This document shows, in pieces, positions 25,297 through 38,455 of a DNA stretch of 64,000 nt; the stretch's first letter is position 1; every line of letters starts with the position of its first letter. Below the pieces are notes generated by a model, which saw only the letters and a program-made list of their open reading frames with translations, ran no database searches and was not told the DNA's origin. The stretch lies in the NCBI GenBank assembly GCA_012026655.1, contig JAAILG010001009.1:1-64000 (forward strand). Direction: 5' to 3'. The translations under genes and the position numbers were made by a program. Source of the stretch: Hydrolagus affinis (Eukaryota).

Positions 25297-25415
25297 GACA
25301 CTGTAAGACAAGGCAGTGTTAGACTGAACGTTGTTAGACTGGACAGTGTCAGATGAACAATATAAAACTGAACAGTGTAGGGTGGACAGTAGAAGACTTG
25401 ATAGTGTAAGATTGA
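25297..25415. repeat. Degenerate 15-bp tandem repeat (ACTGRACAGTGTWAG-like), about 8 units
   Basis: Periodic GACTGAACAGTGT-like units. Confidence 0.6.
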
Positions 25416-27067
25416 TTTTTGTTTTGTTTAGTTAAGCTTAACCAGTGTTGGACAAGACAATTTGCTTATTTAGACCACAATTTGTTAGTAAAATGACCAA
25501 GAACTGTAATTCTGAATTGTAAACAACAAAAAAATGCATTTTTATAGCATCCTTCACATAGGATAATGTCTTAGAACACTTTTACAGTACGTGGTTCCTT
25601 TGAAATGCTTCCCTTCAAGAGAATAGATAAATATAAGTCAGAGTCCTGTAGTTCATTGTTTAGAGCAGACACTTTGCAAGTTGGGATGCCAAGCAAGCAG
25701 GAAGGGGTAGAGGGAAATGGCTATAGGCACGATTGAAGAAGTAGGTTTTCAAATGGAATTTAATGACATCTGAAGAGTGGGCAAGGTGGAGAGACAGACG
25801 CAAAGGGAGTTCTTGAGTTCATTGTTGAATAAGTGCAGAGAGACTCGATGCTTGGCCCCCAATAGTGGCATGGCAAAGTGGGGAAACATGTTCAAAATCT
25901 GTGTTAGCTAAGCAAGGGAGTGCAGGTTAGTAGTTAAGTGGGAAAAATAAACCAATTTTGTGGATAGTATTTGGGCTTAAAATGAATTGATTGATTCACA
26001 GACAGCAAATCTGTATGGATGGACTTTGCTTCACCAATTGACCGTATCCAATGTTTGTTTAAATGTGGTTGGGGCACCTTATGGACGTTCATGCTTTAAA
26101 TATTTTTTTTGGGAATACCCATAGAATAGCAATAATCTAAAGCAACCAGCTGTCAAATGTAAAGACAATATTTGTTAAAGGTGCCGTAATGCATCACACA
26201 CAGTGCAATGTCATTCTAAGATAAAATCTGGTGAATTTCAAATTCCTTCGATCAGGAGTACATTATCCTATGAGATACCACAGACATGTTTAAAGTGCAA
26301 ATCATAAGAACATGCAATGCAGGAATTATTTAAAATAAAAATTAATAATATTTGCATTTGAGAATATGTTTTCCATTCCAGTTCTCAAAAGTGCTTGACA
26401 GGATTAAACTGTACTATTTTATTACTCCCCTTGGAGAAAACTTGTGTAAATAAAAGTAATATGATAAAACAAAACAGTATTTAAATAAGCACAGTGTTGT
26501 TGAATAACATTACGGTTAAATAATTACTTTTCATAAATCTATGAAGTGCAAATGAAGGTTGGGGATGTCCGAAATGTGGATTCCGATTAGCTTCAGTGGT
26601 ATAGCACATTCTTTGTATAAACAACAGTAAACCCTGCAATCAGTGTAGAAACAGAAAGCATTGACAATTCAATTCCTAATTAGAAAAGGGCTTCTCAACT
26701 CTGACAATTTGTTATTTTACTAAAATAATGATTGCAAAATTTGGCGAACATACAAATGAATTCTGTGTGGGTTACTAGGCACCAAGCACTGTTGACAATA
26801 CAATATAACAATTATTGCATTTAATATAACATTTTATAATGTCATCAGTATATGTCAAAACAGGATTTTACTGTAATGTGTAGTGACTCTATATTTGTAG
26901 GCCGATGTAGCAGCTCATTTTATACACAGTGAGCCTCACAAACAGGCATGAAGTGATGACCAATTTTATTTTGGGACTGTGTGTTTGTAGGCAAATGAGG
27001 ATCATATTAGAGAATTGGATGAAGAAAACCATTTGACGCTTTTGATCACATCCATCCAGAATGCCCA

Positions 27068-27587
27068 CAATAATAATAATAATAATAATACTTGAATTTG
27101 ATATAGCGCTTTTTGCGTCTTCTAGACCAGTGGTTCTCAACCAGGGGGACATGTACCCCAGTAGGTATAAAATTACTTCCAGGGGGTACATTGATTTATT
27201 TAACTTTCTTATTTAGCATTTTATAGCCTTCTAAATTGTATATTTATTTGTTATTCCCCTCGTTTTGTATGTGCTAGTTATTTTGTTATATAAGAAAAGT
27301 TTTGTCATAAAATGCAAGTGGAATGAGTGGGGGTGGTTTGTGTCTGTATGTGGTTGGGTGGAGGTACACGATAATGTTGAAAATGAATAAAGGGTACGTT
27401 ACTGAAAAAGGTTGAGAACCACTGGTTCACAGAATTATACTGTAAAGTAAATTGACTATATAATTGTGGGCAAAGTGCGGCAGCCAATTGTTCCATAAAC
27501 AATCGTGGATTGAAATGACCAATTTACTATTGTTCTGTTTCTTGAGGGATTATTATCAGGCGTGTGGAGTAAGGAAACTTACCCAAC
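27068..27587 (-). mobile_element. Young tRNA-SINE split by a hAT MITE
   Basis: SINE tail at 27068-27127 resumes at 27425 as TTCACAGAATTATACTG. Confidence 0.82.
27128..27424. mobile_element. hAT-Charlie-type MITE (297 bp)
   Basis: Perfect 15-bp TIRs CAGTGGTTCTCAACC / GGTTGAGAACCACTG. Left flank TTCTAGAC fits the Charlie NTCTAGAN target consensus. Confidence 0.9.
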
Positions 27588-29329
27588 GTGCTAATACTAC
27601 CGTCCCACTACGGCAACAAGTTTTTTTTTCAAATGAATCCAGTGACCTTTTAAAGTGGAAATGGATTTCCACATTGTCAGACACCAGGAAAGTGATCAAT
27701 TGTCCAGTAGTCAGTGGTAGTCAAGATGAAAAACTCAAAAAAAAAATATCTAATACATATATTACTGTGAAATCCCATCATTGAATCCTGCCCTGTGCAG
27801 TCCTGTCTCCAGCTGCTTCTCCCACTCAAACAATTATTAAAAAATAAATAAAGAAATCTTGCTTTGACTAAGGAATGATGATTCATCTATTTTATAAGCG
27901 CTTCACAATGAAATTTCACTAGCAATGAGAGTTGAAGCCATCAAAACATAGTTTAATTGCATTTACACTTAAACAGACATTTGTATCACGCTTTTCCACC
28001 TAATCATTTATTAGTGAAAATGAGATCATTTCATATTCACTGCAAGACCAGCTCAATTAATCTGCTAAAGCACGTTGTCATATTTCAATCAAAACTCCAA
28101 CCATGCTGTGAGTTTTATACCTAATCCCAGTACCCACGGATTGGAATTAATAAATTTGCAATTGATTAAATTCCACTCCAGCAAATCTAGCATGGCAAAT
28201 AAATGAACTATTGAGGGCAGATGTAAACTGTGGCCAGGCATGTCAGGGCAACTGATAATAATAATCATAGTAATCAAGACATCTCAAAGTGCTTCACAGG
28301 AATCACTGCAAAGTGTGGTGACTGTATATTTGTAAGGTGAATGTGGCAGCCAATTTGTGCACAGCAATGTCCCACAAATATGCCCCTCCAAACTCTTTGC
28401 TCATATGACTTGCGATGTACCCATCGATCGATAAAGCTATCAATCTGAAACACAACTAAAATCCACGCCCACCACTGGAAAACTAGTGAAGAGAGGCTCG
28501 AAAGATGATCTAAAGTTCAGCAAGGACCCTTCATTAGAACCATAAACCGTTGAAACCTTTTTTGTACCATAAAATAAAGTTAATCTCACTTATATTTCAG
28601 GCAAGCTATGGTAATGATTAGAGATAGTCAAAGATTAACAGGATCTTGTCAAATTATAGAGCAGATGTGCTATAGACCTCAAGATGTAAAGAAAATACCT
28701 GGAGCCATTTTCTTAAAACTCAGCATGCATTTTTTTTTAATGCTTCTTTAGGTTTTGGGGCCATTTTCAACATAGTGACATTATGGTCAGATCACACATT
28801 TAGCTTCAGAGGACTTCATTCCAAATTGTAAGCAACCACATATCTTTGACTGGTTATTTGTATTTTTTTAAATGCATTTCTGCAGGATCCTGAATACGGA
28901 TGGTGGAAAGAAAGATCAGATAATGTTTGACAATTTCTGGATGCATTCCTCTGTTAGTTGAGCGGATTGTGCAATTTGAGCCTTTATTGTGTGATTGATT
29001 TATGCGAAGACTGCATGAAAGAGCTGATGCATCTCCTTGCCTGTGAGCAGACAGTAGCGACTGGCTGTTAGTGCTAACAGTTAGAGAGTTCAAACACTGT
29101 ATCACTGCTTTGAAAAGTAAACAGCTTTGTTCAAGGCATTTATCATTTTAAAGAGCATGACGCAAGTGACTACAAATTATATTTTATTTTTTGTTAACAT
29201 ATTGCCTCATTTAAAAACTACATCGCATAAGGTTTCTAAAGTTATTTATTTTATATAGTGTAAAAAAACATTCAACTGTGTATTCACGGATTGATGCTGC
29301 AGAATTCTCACAGAGTGTGATGGGACCCA

Positions 29330-29905
29330 AGACTGCTGTGCCCTGTCCATTGGACTGTGCGTTCCCTGCTCCCTTTGTTCCACCCTCCAGCACCCAAACC
29401 TTCAGATACTATGCTCCTCTCCCTCTCTGGAACTCTCTCCTTCAATGTCCCTGTTTTCAAAGGATCTAAAATCCTGCCCCCCAGCTTGTATGGACAAGAT
29501 GGAAGCAATCTCTCTTGTCTACTGTCAAAGTCTCCTCACTCGCGGCTCCGACCCCATCAACCTCCCTGGCCTATCTCTCATACTCATTAACCTGTGTGCA
29601 ACCTTGGCATCCGGTTCAATTTGCAGCTGTCCTTCCTGCCCCACATTCGGTCCCTGACATGTACTGCTTTCGTCTCTGCCCTCTGCCACATTGCTAGCCT
29701 TTGACCCTTTCTCACCCCGAATGCTGCTGAAACCCTCATCCACACCTTTGTCACTTTCTGCCTTGACTTGTCAAAGGCACAGCTCACTGGTTTCCATAGT
29801 TCCACCACCCAGAAGGTCAAGAGCTCATCCAGAACTCCATTGCCCATGTCCACACCAATGCTAAACTCAGTATGCCCATCATGCCAATACTCGCCAGGTT
29901 CCAGT
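29330..29905 (+). mobile_element. Decayed L2-clade LINE ORF2 fragment(s)
   Basis: C/T-rich sequence with AACCTTGGCATC and GCTGAAACCCTCATCCACACCTTTGTC (AETLIH.FV) and CTCATCCAGAAC (LIQN) motifs typical of L2 ORF2. Confidence 0.7.
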
Positions 29906-30363
29906 AGCTCTTTTCCCGAATTAATCCCTCACACAAGAAAGGCAATGACACCCAGCTGACCCAAAAAAATCAAGGAAGAGTTGGAATTTCTCCCCCAGAG
30001 GCTATGTAATGTTTGATTTTAAAAAGCAGCAACAATCTGTTTATATATACATATATATATATATCTATTTATAATATATATAGAGATATATATGTATTAA
30101 CAAACATAAATATACAGTGTATTCACTTTCCCTTTGGATCCTCCTCAGTTCTACACATTCTGTCATTTTATCCTTGTGCAGTTAATTTATTAATGCAGCT
30201 TCATTTTGCTAAATTGAATAAAAGCAAGTGATCGTACATAGAACGGAACAGGGTTGGCATATGCAATCACAGGCCCAAGATTTTTTTTGTAAAAATATTG
30301 GCTATGATTAATATCTGATCATTGGTGAAACAATTATGCTCAGGATGTAAAATAGATTCTTAC

Positions 30364-30476
30364 CTTGAACTGATGACATGGATATGTGGTGCTGCAATAT
30401 CACCTGGTTCATCCTCGACAGTAGTGATTTGGGTGATATTGCCTTTCACACAGGCGTACACTGTGCAGACCTCAAC
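30364..30476 (-). CDS. USH2A: Usherin coding exon (human exon 47 equivalent), 113 nt
   Basis: VEVCTVYACVKGNITQITTVEDEPGDIAAPHIHVISS(R). Acceptor ccgaag|GTT, donor AG|gtaag, phase 0 to 2. Confidence 0.95.
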
Positions 30477-31048
30477 CTTCGGTGGACAGATAAGTTCATT
30501 AAAATAGAAATTTGCATTGATTGTGCAAAAGCTGTCAAGTATAATTTTAATGTTTTCTGAATTAATACTCACATATATAATATATAGATGGATACAGATA
30601 CAGGCTTGTAGGAACTGGCCTGCCCTAATATTAATGGGAATATATATTCTTAGTTTCTGAAGCAAGCTAAAAATATGGTAATTATGCATTTCCAACTGCT
30701 CACTCTAACAGGACCAGAAAAGAACATTGCGGTCACATCAGGCCTCTATTTTCCCCTTCAAAGCACAAAAAAATGTCACATTAAAATAAATTTTTAGTTC
30801 TCCATCCTCACCTCAAAAAACAACTAGGGGGGAAAAAATAAGTTACCTTTAAATTAATTAATTGAACCTTCAAAAAAACAGGCGTAACATGGGCATTTAA
30901 ATCAATTAGGAATTTATCTGGATTTATCAGAGGCTATTAACGGCACCCGATGTTCACATCCATGAAGTCTGGCTGTGTGATCTTTCAGCTTGCAGAATGC
31001 AGCATTCAACCCAACTGCCTGTTAGCAGAGGATTTTGCTTTTACGCAA

Positions 31049-31353
31049 GCAATAACAATAACAATCCTCGCATTTGATATAGCGCTTTTCACATCATCTA
31101 GACGTCTCAAAGCGCTTCACAGAATATACTTTTAAGTGAACTGACTATATTTATGGGTGAAATGTGGCAGCCAATTGTGCACAGCAGTGTCCCACAAACA
31201 GTGGTGGATTGAAATGACCAATTTATTATTGTTTTTTTTCAGGGATTATTATTAGGCGGGTGGAGTAAGGAAACTTGCCCAAGGTTTTGCCCTGCCTGGA
31301 ATTGAAACCCAGGTCTCTCGCTTGCAAGGCCATTACTCTAACCACTGAGCTAC
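31049..31353 (-). mobile_element. Full-length young tRNA-SINE
   Basis: Reverse complement of the family consensus. Confidence 0.88.
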
Positions 31354-32579
31354 ACAACTCCTGGTAAAAAAAGCTACAGTTATAGTTAACCATCAGAGCT
31401 TTAATTCTTTCAGTGTTGTTTGGATTCTGTCTCTTGTGTTTTCCCACCACTGCTTTCTGCCACACCACTTCCATCTTCACCCAGAAACCTGACAGACACC
31501 ACAAATGTCATCCTAAAAATGGCTAATGGGAGGTGCGATTTCACTGAGCAGGAAGCAGCTCGGTCATGCTTTTCTTTCTCTGAAGATAAAACACTTCACC
31601 AAGGTGCAGATTCCCCTCCAGTATTCTGTCAGGAAACTGACAAAATAAGGAGGATGGGTGACTTCTGATATCAGTTGAGCTCGGGGCATCAAGTTCACAG
31701 TGCTCATAGTTGAGAGTTCTATGCCATGTTTGTGTTGCTGGAAGTGAAGTGCTGGAGTTTTCAGCAGGTAAGTATTTGGGAGGTGGTAACATGAATTATG
31801 CTTCTTGTTCGTAATTCTATTGGCCAGAGGCTAAGGAGAGCAATTAACCCGTGCATCTAAACTGCATGATGCTCCACTAACTATTGTTAATAAAGAGCTG
31901 CTCATATGACCAGCTCCTCAATAACATAACAAATAATCTCTTAAAAGTTCTTGATTGCCTGCTTGGAAACGTACAAGATGGATCTCCACTGCCTGAGTTT
32001 GTACTTACTGCTGCATTACAAAGTCAGCCTATCGTTGAGGCTAACTTCATAAAATTGGTTTGGCAAATCACCACTGGTGCGCTAAACTTTATACAGCAAC
32101 GTGTATTTTGACACACCACTTTTCACACTGAGAGAAAGTCTCAAAGCCTCTCAATGGGTTTACTCTGAATGGTAGTGAAATTTGGATTGTGTGACTCAAC
32201 TCTCAATTGTGCTGGGTCCCAGTTCCCCCAAAGCAAGCAGCGTAAAATAAACTTAATACTCCACTGCTGGTAACCGGAGGCCTGGGATTCCATTTAGTCT
32301 TACCCTCTAAGCCCCAGCTTGCCTTCATATTTTAACATTTGTGGTAATACCATTCAATTCAGTCTGAACTCCAAAACTGGTTCTCGTGAAGTGCTTTGGG
32401 GGGTAAAAAACGTTCCCAAAGTTTCAACTTGTGGACAAAAAGTCTTACAGGATAAGACAAGGTAGAATTTTGGAGCCTGTGGTTTTCCACACCATTCTCT
32501 AAGGCAGGATATAAAGAAACCTGAATATGCACACAGAAAGCAAGAAACATGATAGGAACAGGTTACACTAACTCCTAAC

Positions 32580-32782
32580 CTGTATTTCATATACAGTGAA
32601 TGGAAACAGGTCCGTCAATATAAACGAGCCCGGCAAATTCATGGCAGTCTGATACTGCTTGTTATTCACATAAATAGAATATTCCGTGACAAGCCCATTT
32701 GGGTTTGACGGTGATGTCCAGATGACACGAACAGCTGTACTATTGATCACGATGACCTCTGGAGGTAGCATGCCCTCAGGCT
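32580..32782 (-). CDS. USH2A: Usherin coding exon (human exon 46 equivalent), 203 nt
   Basis: (E)PEGMLPPEVIVINSTAVRVIWTSPSNPNGLVTEYSIYVNNK...LFPFTVYEIQ, nearly identical to human. Acceptor tttatag|AG, donor CAG|gttagg, phase 1 to 0. Confidence 0.97.
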
Positions 32783-33495
32783 CTATAAATGGAGAGGGGA
32801 AAAAAAAGCAGTCTAAATTCCAGCTGTCACAGAAACCAGTTGGTTAACGAAACATGTACAAGCATTTAAGTATTGAAGCAAAAAAGGAAAACGGTTCAAC
32901 GAGTATCTGGTCAGCTTATTGAAATAAAAACGCAATCATGCAAGAAAAGAGTTTACACAGACAAAAAAAGGGAAACTTTAAATAAATAAGGAAATGTTAA
33001 TTGAACAAGATACGAGAGCCATCAAGCAAATATGAATCAGACAAATTATACCGTGATTTGTTATCGGAATTTTAAGATTTTCGTTTAGGAAACTGAAACA
33101 TAAACAAATAAAGGATTTTTTTTATTTCTGCAGAAGATCAGGCACTATTGACATATCTGATTTGTTGCGGGAATTTTGAGGAAGATCTTTCTGTTCTATT
33201 ATGTTGATAACCACTACCGAATTCTATCACTCCTGTTAGTGTTGGCTGTTCGTGCTTCGCGTTGCCACTGCCACAGCCTATTGAGCAGCTAAACGTGGCA
33301 TTATGCATCTCCTGATGAATATATAAATCTTCATTTACATTCCCGTCCAGTGTGCTTCCGCATTGCAGCCACCAGTGACTGCCACCTCCGAAGCAAGAGT
33401 TCCAGGGACGAAACACCACACCCAAGCTGTGTTTAAAGGGACCATTCCTTTTTCTTCCCACTCCCCCTCCCACTTGCATAGGGGGCAAAAAGGAA

Positions 33496-33787
33496 AATAA
33501 TAATAACCCTTGCATTTGATATAGTGCTTTTCATGTCTTCTAAATGTATCAAACTGCTTCACAGAATATACTGTAAAGTGAATTGATTATATTTGTGGGT
33601 GAACTGTGGCAGCCAATCGCACACAGCAGTGTCCCACAAACAGTCATGGATTAAAATGATCAATTTCTCTTTTTTTTGAGGAATTATCAGGTTTTTGGAG
33701 TAAGGAAACTCGCCCAAAGTTTTGCCCTGCCTGGAATCGAACCCAGGTCTCTCGCTTGTAAGCCGAGTGCCTTAACCACTGAGCTTA
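33496..33787 (-). mobile_element. Full-length young tRNA-SINE
   Basis: Reverse complement of the family consensus. Confidence 0.88.
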
Positions 33788-33898
33788 CATTACACTGGGA
33801 ATGTAAATGAAGAATATAAGTATAATAATAATAATAATCCATGAATTTGGTAAAATGTTTCAAAATCCTTCAGTGTAAAGTACTGTAAAGTGTAGTGA

Positions 33899-34220
33899 TT
33901 AATAATAATCGTTGCATTTGATATAGTGCTTTTCATGTCTTTTAGATGTCTCAAAACGCTTCACAGAATTGTAAAGTGAATTGACTGTATATTTGTGGGC
34001 GAAATGTGGCAGCCAATTGCAGACAGCAGTATCCCACAAATAGTTGTGGATTGAAATGACTAATTTCAATCCACAATTTATTATTGTGTTTGTTTGAGGG
34101 ATTATTATCAGGTGTGTGGAGTAGGGAAACTTGCCCAAGGTTTCGCCCTGACCTGCCTGGATTCAAACACAGGTCTCACACTTGTAAGGCAAGTACTCGA
34201 ACCACTGAGCTACAGTACTC
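33899..34220 (-). mobile_element. Full-length young tRNA-SINE
   Basis: Reverse complement of the family consensus; carries a local inverted duplication at 34044-34076. Confidence 0.88.
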
Positions 34221-34360
34221 CATTCCACTGATTGTAAATTTTGTGAAGTGAATGAGGTAGACAAATTACACACAACCATAACCTCACAAACAACTATGGT
34301 GTGAATCCATGACTGTTTAATGGCCGGGACACCAGGAGAAACTCCTTTCTCTTTTTGAAT

Positions 34361-34753
34361 TAGAGGTGATCTTATAGAAACCTATAACCTTATTAAGGGG
34401 CACGACAGAGTAGATAGTGGGAGACTGTTTCCCCTGGTTGGAGAAACTATAACCAGGGGTCACAGTCTTAAAATTAGGGTTCAGCCCTTTTGCACTGAGT
34501 TGAGGAAATCTTCTTCACTCAGCGGGTAGTGAATTTATGGAATTCGCTACCCCAAAGGGCTGTAGATGCTCAGTCCTAGAACGCATTCAAGACTGAGATT
34601 GATAGATTTCTTGTGGATAAAAGGATTAAGGAATATGGGGATAAGGTGGGTAGGTGGAGTTAGAATTGATCAGCATGATCTTATTGAATGGCGGGGCAGG
34701 CTTGAGGGGCTGAATGGCCTACTCCTGCTCCTAATTCCTATGTTCTTATGTTC
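34361..34753 (+). mobile_element. CR1 LINE 3' end inserted in an old DeuSINE (about 34235-34890, minus strand)
   Basis: LRGDLIETY.LIKG-type ORF2 end, GGGGCTGAATGGCCTACTCCTGCTCCTA hairpin and (TATGTTCT)n tail. Deu-domain sequence resumes on both sides. Confidence 0.88.
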
Positions 34754-37254
34754 TTCTGAATAGTGCAATGGGATCTTTCACGTACACCTGAACAGACATG
34801 GGGGGGAGCTCGGTTTAACATCTCATCCAAAGGATGGCAATCCCAACAATACAGTGCTCCTCCAACACTGTGCTTCCATAGACTATATGAGTTCAGTCCA
34901 GACCCGCAAATATCACAAGGGAGCTGGTCATGTCATGTTGCTCAGCATCTCTCCACAATGTGGAGATATTCCCTTCAGCACAGTGGCTGCTCATGCTGCT
35001 AACCTGTGATCACAACAACATAACAGAATTCCTGATCATTGTCCCACAAATCAATGTGGATTTCTCTGTGCCTGGTCCCCACCCCAGCAGTGTTGACTAG
35101 AAATCCTGCTTTGCAAGCAACAGAGAGAGAGAAGACAAAACCTTTTATTTTCTTGTAACAGCATCAGAAACAAAACGGGGACATGTGTTGGGTTGCAATG
35201 TTCATTTGTCTGTCAACTGGAATCAGGGATCCAGCACTGCGGGCAGCACTGTATGTGCAAAGATTTCAACATGACATTCAGTATCAAAGGGAGTTTACAA
35301 CACAGAAAGAAGCAATTTGGCCATTATGTCTGTGGAGATGCAATTCCCTGCATCTGCTCTGATACCATTACCCATTACCCTGCTCTTTCCTCATTTCCAA
35401 TGATATTATTTTCACTGAAGTATTCACCCAATCCCTTATGCGTGCTCTTCTGGTCGCAATCATAATTTGTTCACTCAATCCACAACTGTTTCTTGGAACA
35501 CTGCTCTGTGCAATTAGCTGCCATGATTCACCCACAAACTACACAGTCAATCCACTTCACAATATATTCTGTGAATCGCTTTGAGGCATCTTAACAAGGT
35601 GATCAAGCGCTATAATAAATGCTTAAGGATTGATATTATGACTATTTGTGGTAAAGCATTACACATACTGACAACCTTTTTGTCTTAACCCATTTTATTC
35701 TGGTGATCACCTTCAATGTTACATTCTAGAGCCTCTCATTACTGATTTGGAGCAGCAAAGATAATCTTTTATATAAACAAACCTACCCAAAATAATTAGA
35801 CATTTTTAAATTCTCTATTGGATTCCGCCTAATTTTTTGTGTCAGGCAAAATCAGTTTCCTTTTTTTCGACTCCTTCCACATGACTGTTTCCTCTTATGC
35901 CTGCTATTATGCCTGCGCTTTGAGAAGTCGATAAGATGTGAAAAGCGCTATATCAAATGCAAAGATTATTATATTATTATTATTGTAAATCTCTGTTGTG
36001 TCCTCTCCATCACTGCATCCTGTCTATCATGTGCTCTATCCATGTCTGTATCCTCTCCGCGCCTATATCCTCTCCACAACCATACCCTTGGTTTAACATC
36101 TCACTAGAAGATATTTGTGAAGGTTATAAAGAAATGCTAATGTTGAAAATTTGAAACAAATGCTGAAAATGCCAGGAATGCACAGCGAGCTGATCAGCTT
36201 CTGACAGAGATCAGTACACTTATACTTTGGCTTTGATTCTTCAACTAGTGGTCTACTTAGTTTCACCTCAATCTGTTTACCCTTGTCCTATTCTTCACTA
36301 ATATATTCAGGGCCTGATCTTATACTTTTAGAATTGGTGCAATACCAAATTTTGGCCGAGTTACTGGCACAAATTAGATTTTTATGCTAAGATAAAACTT
36401 CAATTTCATGTTTTATTTGCTCCCAGGCACTTCTGATGTGTTGGCAATGAAAGCAGCAAATTATCAAATCATCGCAAAACAAAGAATTCTCTGCCAACTT
36501 TACAAAAATATAGAGAAAAAAAAGTGGAACAAACCAAGTCCTTTGTCAAGTTCACTGAATGTACTTTTCAAGAGGGGCCAGTTTCCGAAGGGACAAAGAC
36601 TCCAACAATTACAGGCAACAATCCACATAACACACGAGCAGTGTATACTGTGAGACAATTTGAGACGTCATCCTGACATGAAAGATTCCATATAAGTGTT
36701 TCATCAGAGTGTTGGTTTAAAATAAATTACATAATAATAAGCGGAGGGATGGACCTTTGGCATTTCTTTTCCCCCCACAGATCTCAGTCACTCGTAGTCA
36801 AAGAATGACAGCTTTGACCAGATCTAGTAGCTGGAATTATTGGGGTGTGTGCACTACCCACCATCCCAAGTCACTTTATGGGGATTAGGCCATTCTATGT
36901 CATGCCAAAATTAAAAACACAAAGTGAAATCTCAGTGGAACAGTCCTTGAAATTATGCAAATAAAATGATGTCCCTTTTGTTTCCTCACAAACTGTGCAG
37001 GTGTAAAACAAAAACTGTTAAACATGATAATCCCTAAATAATAGGTTGAATGGTTTCCGAAACCTCAGATGTCTGTACCTTTTCACAATCCTCGATAGTT
37101 AGAAAAGTAAAACATCTGTGTGGATAAATATGTAGGCACAGAAAGTTATGAGAGATGGGAATTAACAACCAAGTATAAATGAATAATTCTGCGTGTGGAA
37201 TAGAGCTGGGACTTAGAGTGGCACAGTGGCAATCTGTGCTAGAGATTCAACAGG

Positions 37255-37680
37255 TATCAGCCTAGCTCAGTTGGTTGCACTCTTCCCTCTGAATCAGAAG
37301 GTTGCGGATTCAGGCAACATTAAGGAATGTTAAACTCACAATCAAGGCTGACACTGCAATTTTGTACTGGGGGAATCCTGCATTGTTGGAGGTGCCATCT
37401 TTCAGATGAAACATAAAACCGAGGTGCAATCTGCCTGTGAAAGATCACCAAGCACTTTTTGAAAAGAAAGGAGAAAGGAGTTTCCTCTGGTGTCTTTGCC
37501 GTCAAACGACTGAACCAATCAAATTGATCACTCACTTCTTAACTGTTTGTGCAACATTGTTGTTGTGTATCAACTGGCTGTTGCACTTACCGACAAATAC
37601 AGTCACTGAACTGCACCAAATCTTAGTGAAGTGTGTTGAGATGTTTTGATAAGGTGATACAACAAATGAAAAAATTATTA
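37255..37680 (+). mobile_element. Old DeuSINE (SacSINE1-like), near full length
   Basis: tRNA head AGCTCAGTTGGTTGCAC..; Deu domain GGAGGTGCCATCTTTCAGATGAAACATAAAACCGAGG..GATCACCAAGCAC..GGTGTCTTTGCC; L2-like tail. Confidence 0.8.
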
Positions 37681-37916
37681 TGGTAAAAAATGGATCTACA
37701 CAGATGTGCAATGTTTGAGCAACACCCTTTCCCCCCCCACCCCACCCTCTACTAGAGTCGCTGATCTCAGATTGACTGCCAAGCACAGTCTAGACATCTC
37801 CACACATTAGAGCCCAAACTCTGCACTATATAGCAAATGTGACTATAGATTGGTCATATAATTTGAGGAATGTTGTGGTCCTGGGAGGAAGTAAGACATT
37901 GCCATGGCCTTACTAT

Positions 37917-37978
37917 TGTATGCCTGACTTTCAAAGCAGTGTACACCCCAAGTGTATGCCTGACTTTCAAAGCAGTGT
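37917..37978. repeat. Direct duplication of 26 bp (period 36)
   Basis: TGTATGCCTGACTTTCAAAGCAGTGT occurs twice. Confidence 0.9.
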
Positions 37979-38184
37979 TGCACTTTTTAGCCAATGTTGT
38001 AAGGACAAACATTGCTCTTTTATGTTTACCAAGCCTGGTTTTAAGTCCCGACGAATATTTATTTTGTGTGGGAAGGTTGAGGGCAGGATTGATTACTTAT
38101 GGATTGCCCGAACACAGCAGTTATGGCAAGAGCATCGGTAAAAGTTTTCCAAATCTTGGTTTATGACAGATAGAATAAAACACC

Positions 38185-38455
38185 AAACCCACACTGCTGT
38201 CCATCGCTCGTCTGTGCCTGAGCTAAAAGTCTTTCTGCCCCCAACCTTTGGAACTCCATCCCACAATGCCTTGCTCCCTCCTTTACCTCCTTCAAGACCG
38301 GTCTCAAGACCCTCTGCTTCGACCGTTTCGTCTGCCGCCCTTCCTAATCCCAAACTTGGCCCCCCACCCACCCTGCTCAGGTCTTGACTTCCGACTGTTC
38401 AGCACCTTGGGACATCCACCCGATGTGAAAGCCACTCTGTAATTTTTTTGTTGCT
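38185..38455 (+). mobile_element. L2-clade LINE 3' fragment
   Basis: Homologous to 17945-18265 and 48860-49410, same tail. Confidence 0.78.

Noticed and set aside
33110-33515. Strong plus-strand acceptor-like site (T-run...CTGCAG at about 33133) and a 125-aa minus ORF as a nested gene
   Set aside because: All three plus frames stop within about 25 codons, the minus ORF starts inside a SINE tail, and there is no protein similarity. A non-coding exon cannot be excluded without RNA data.
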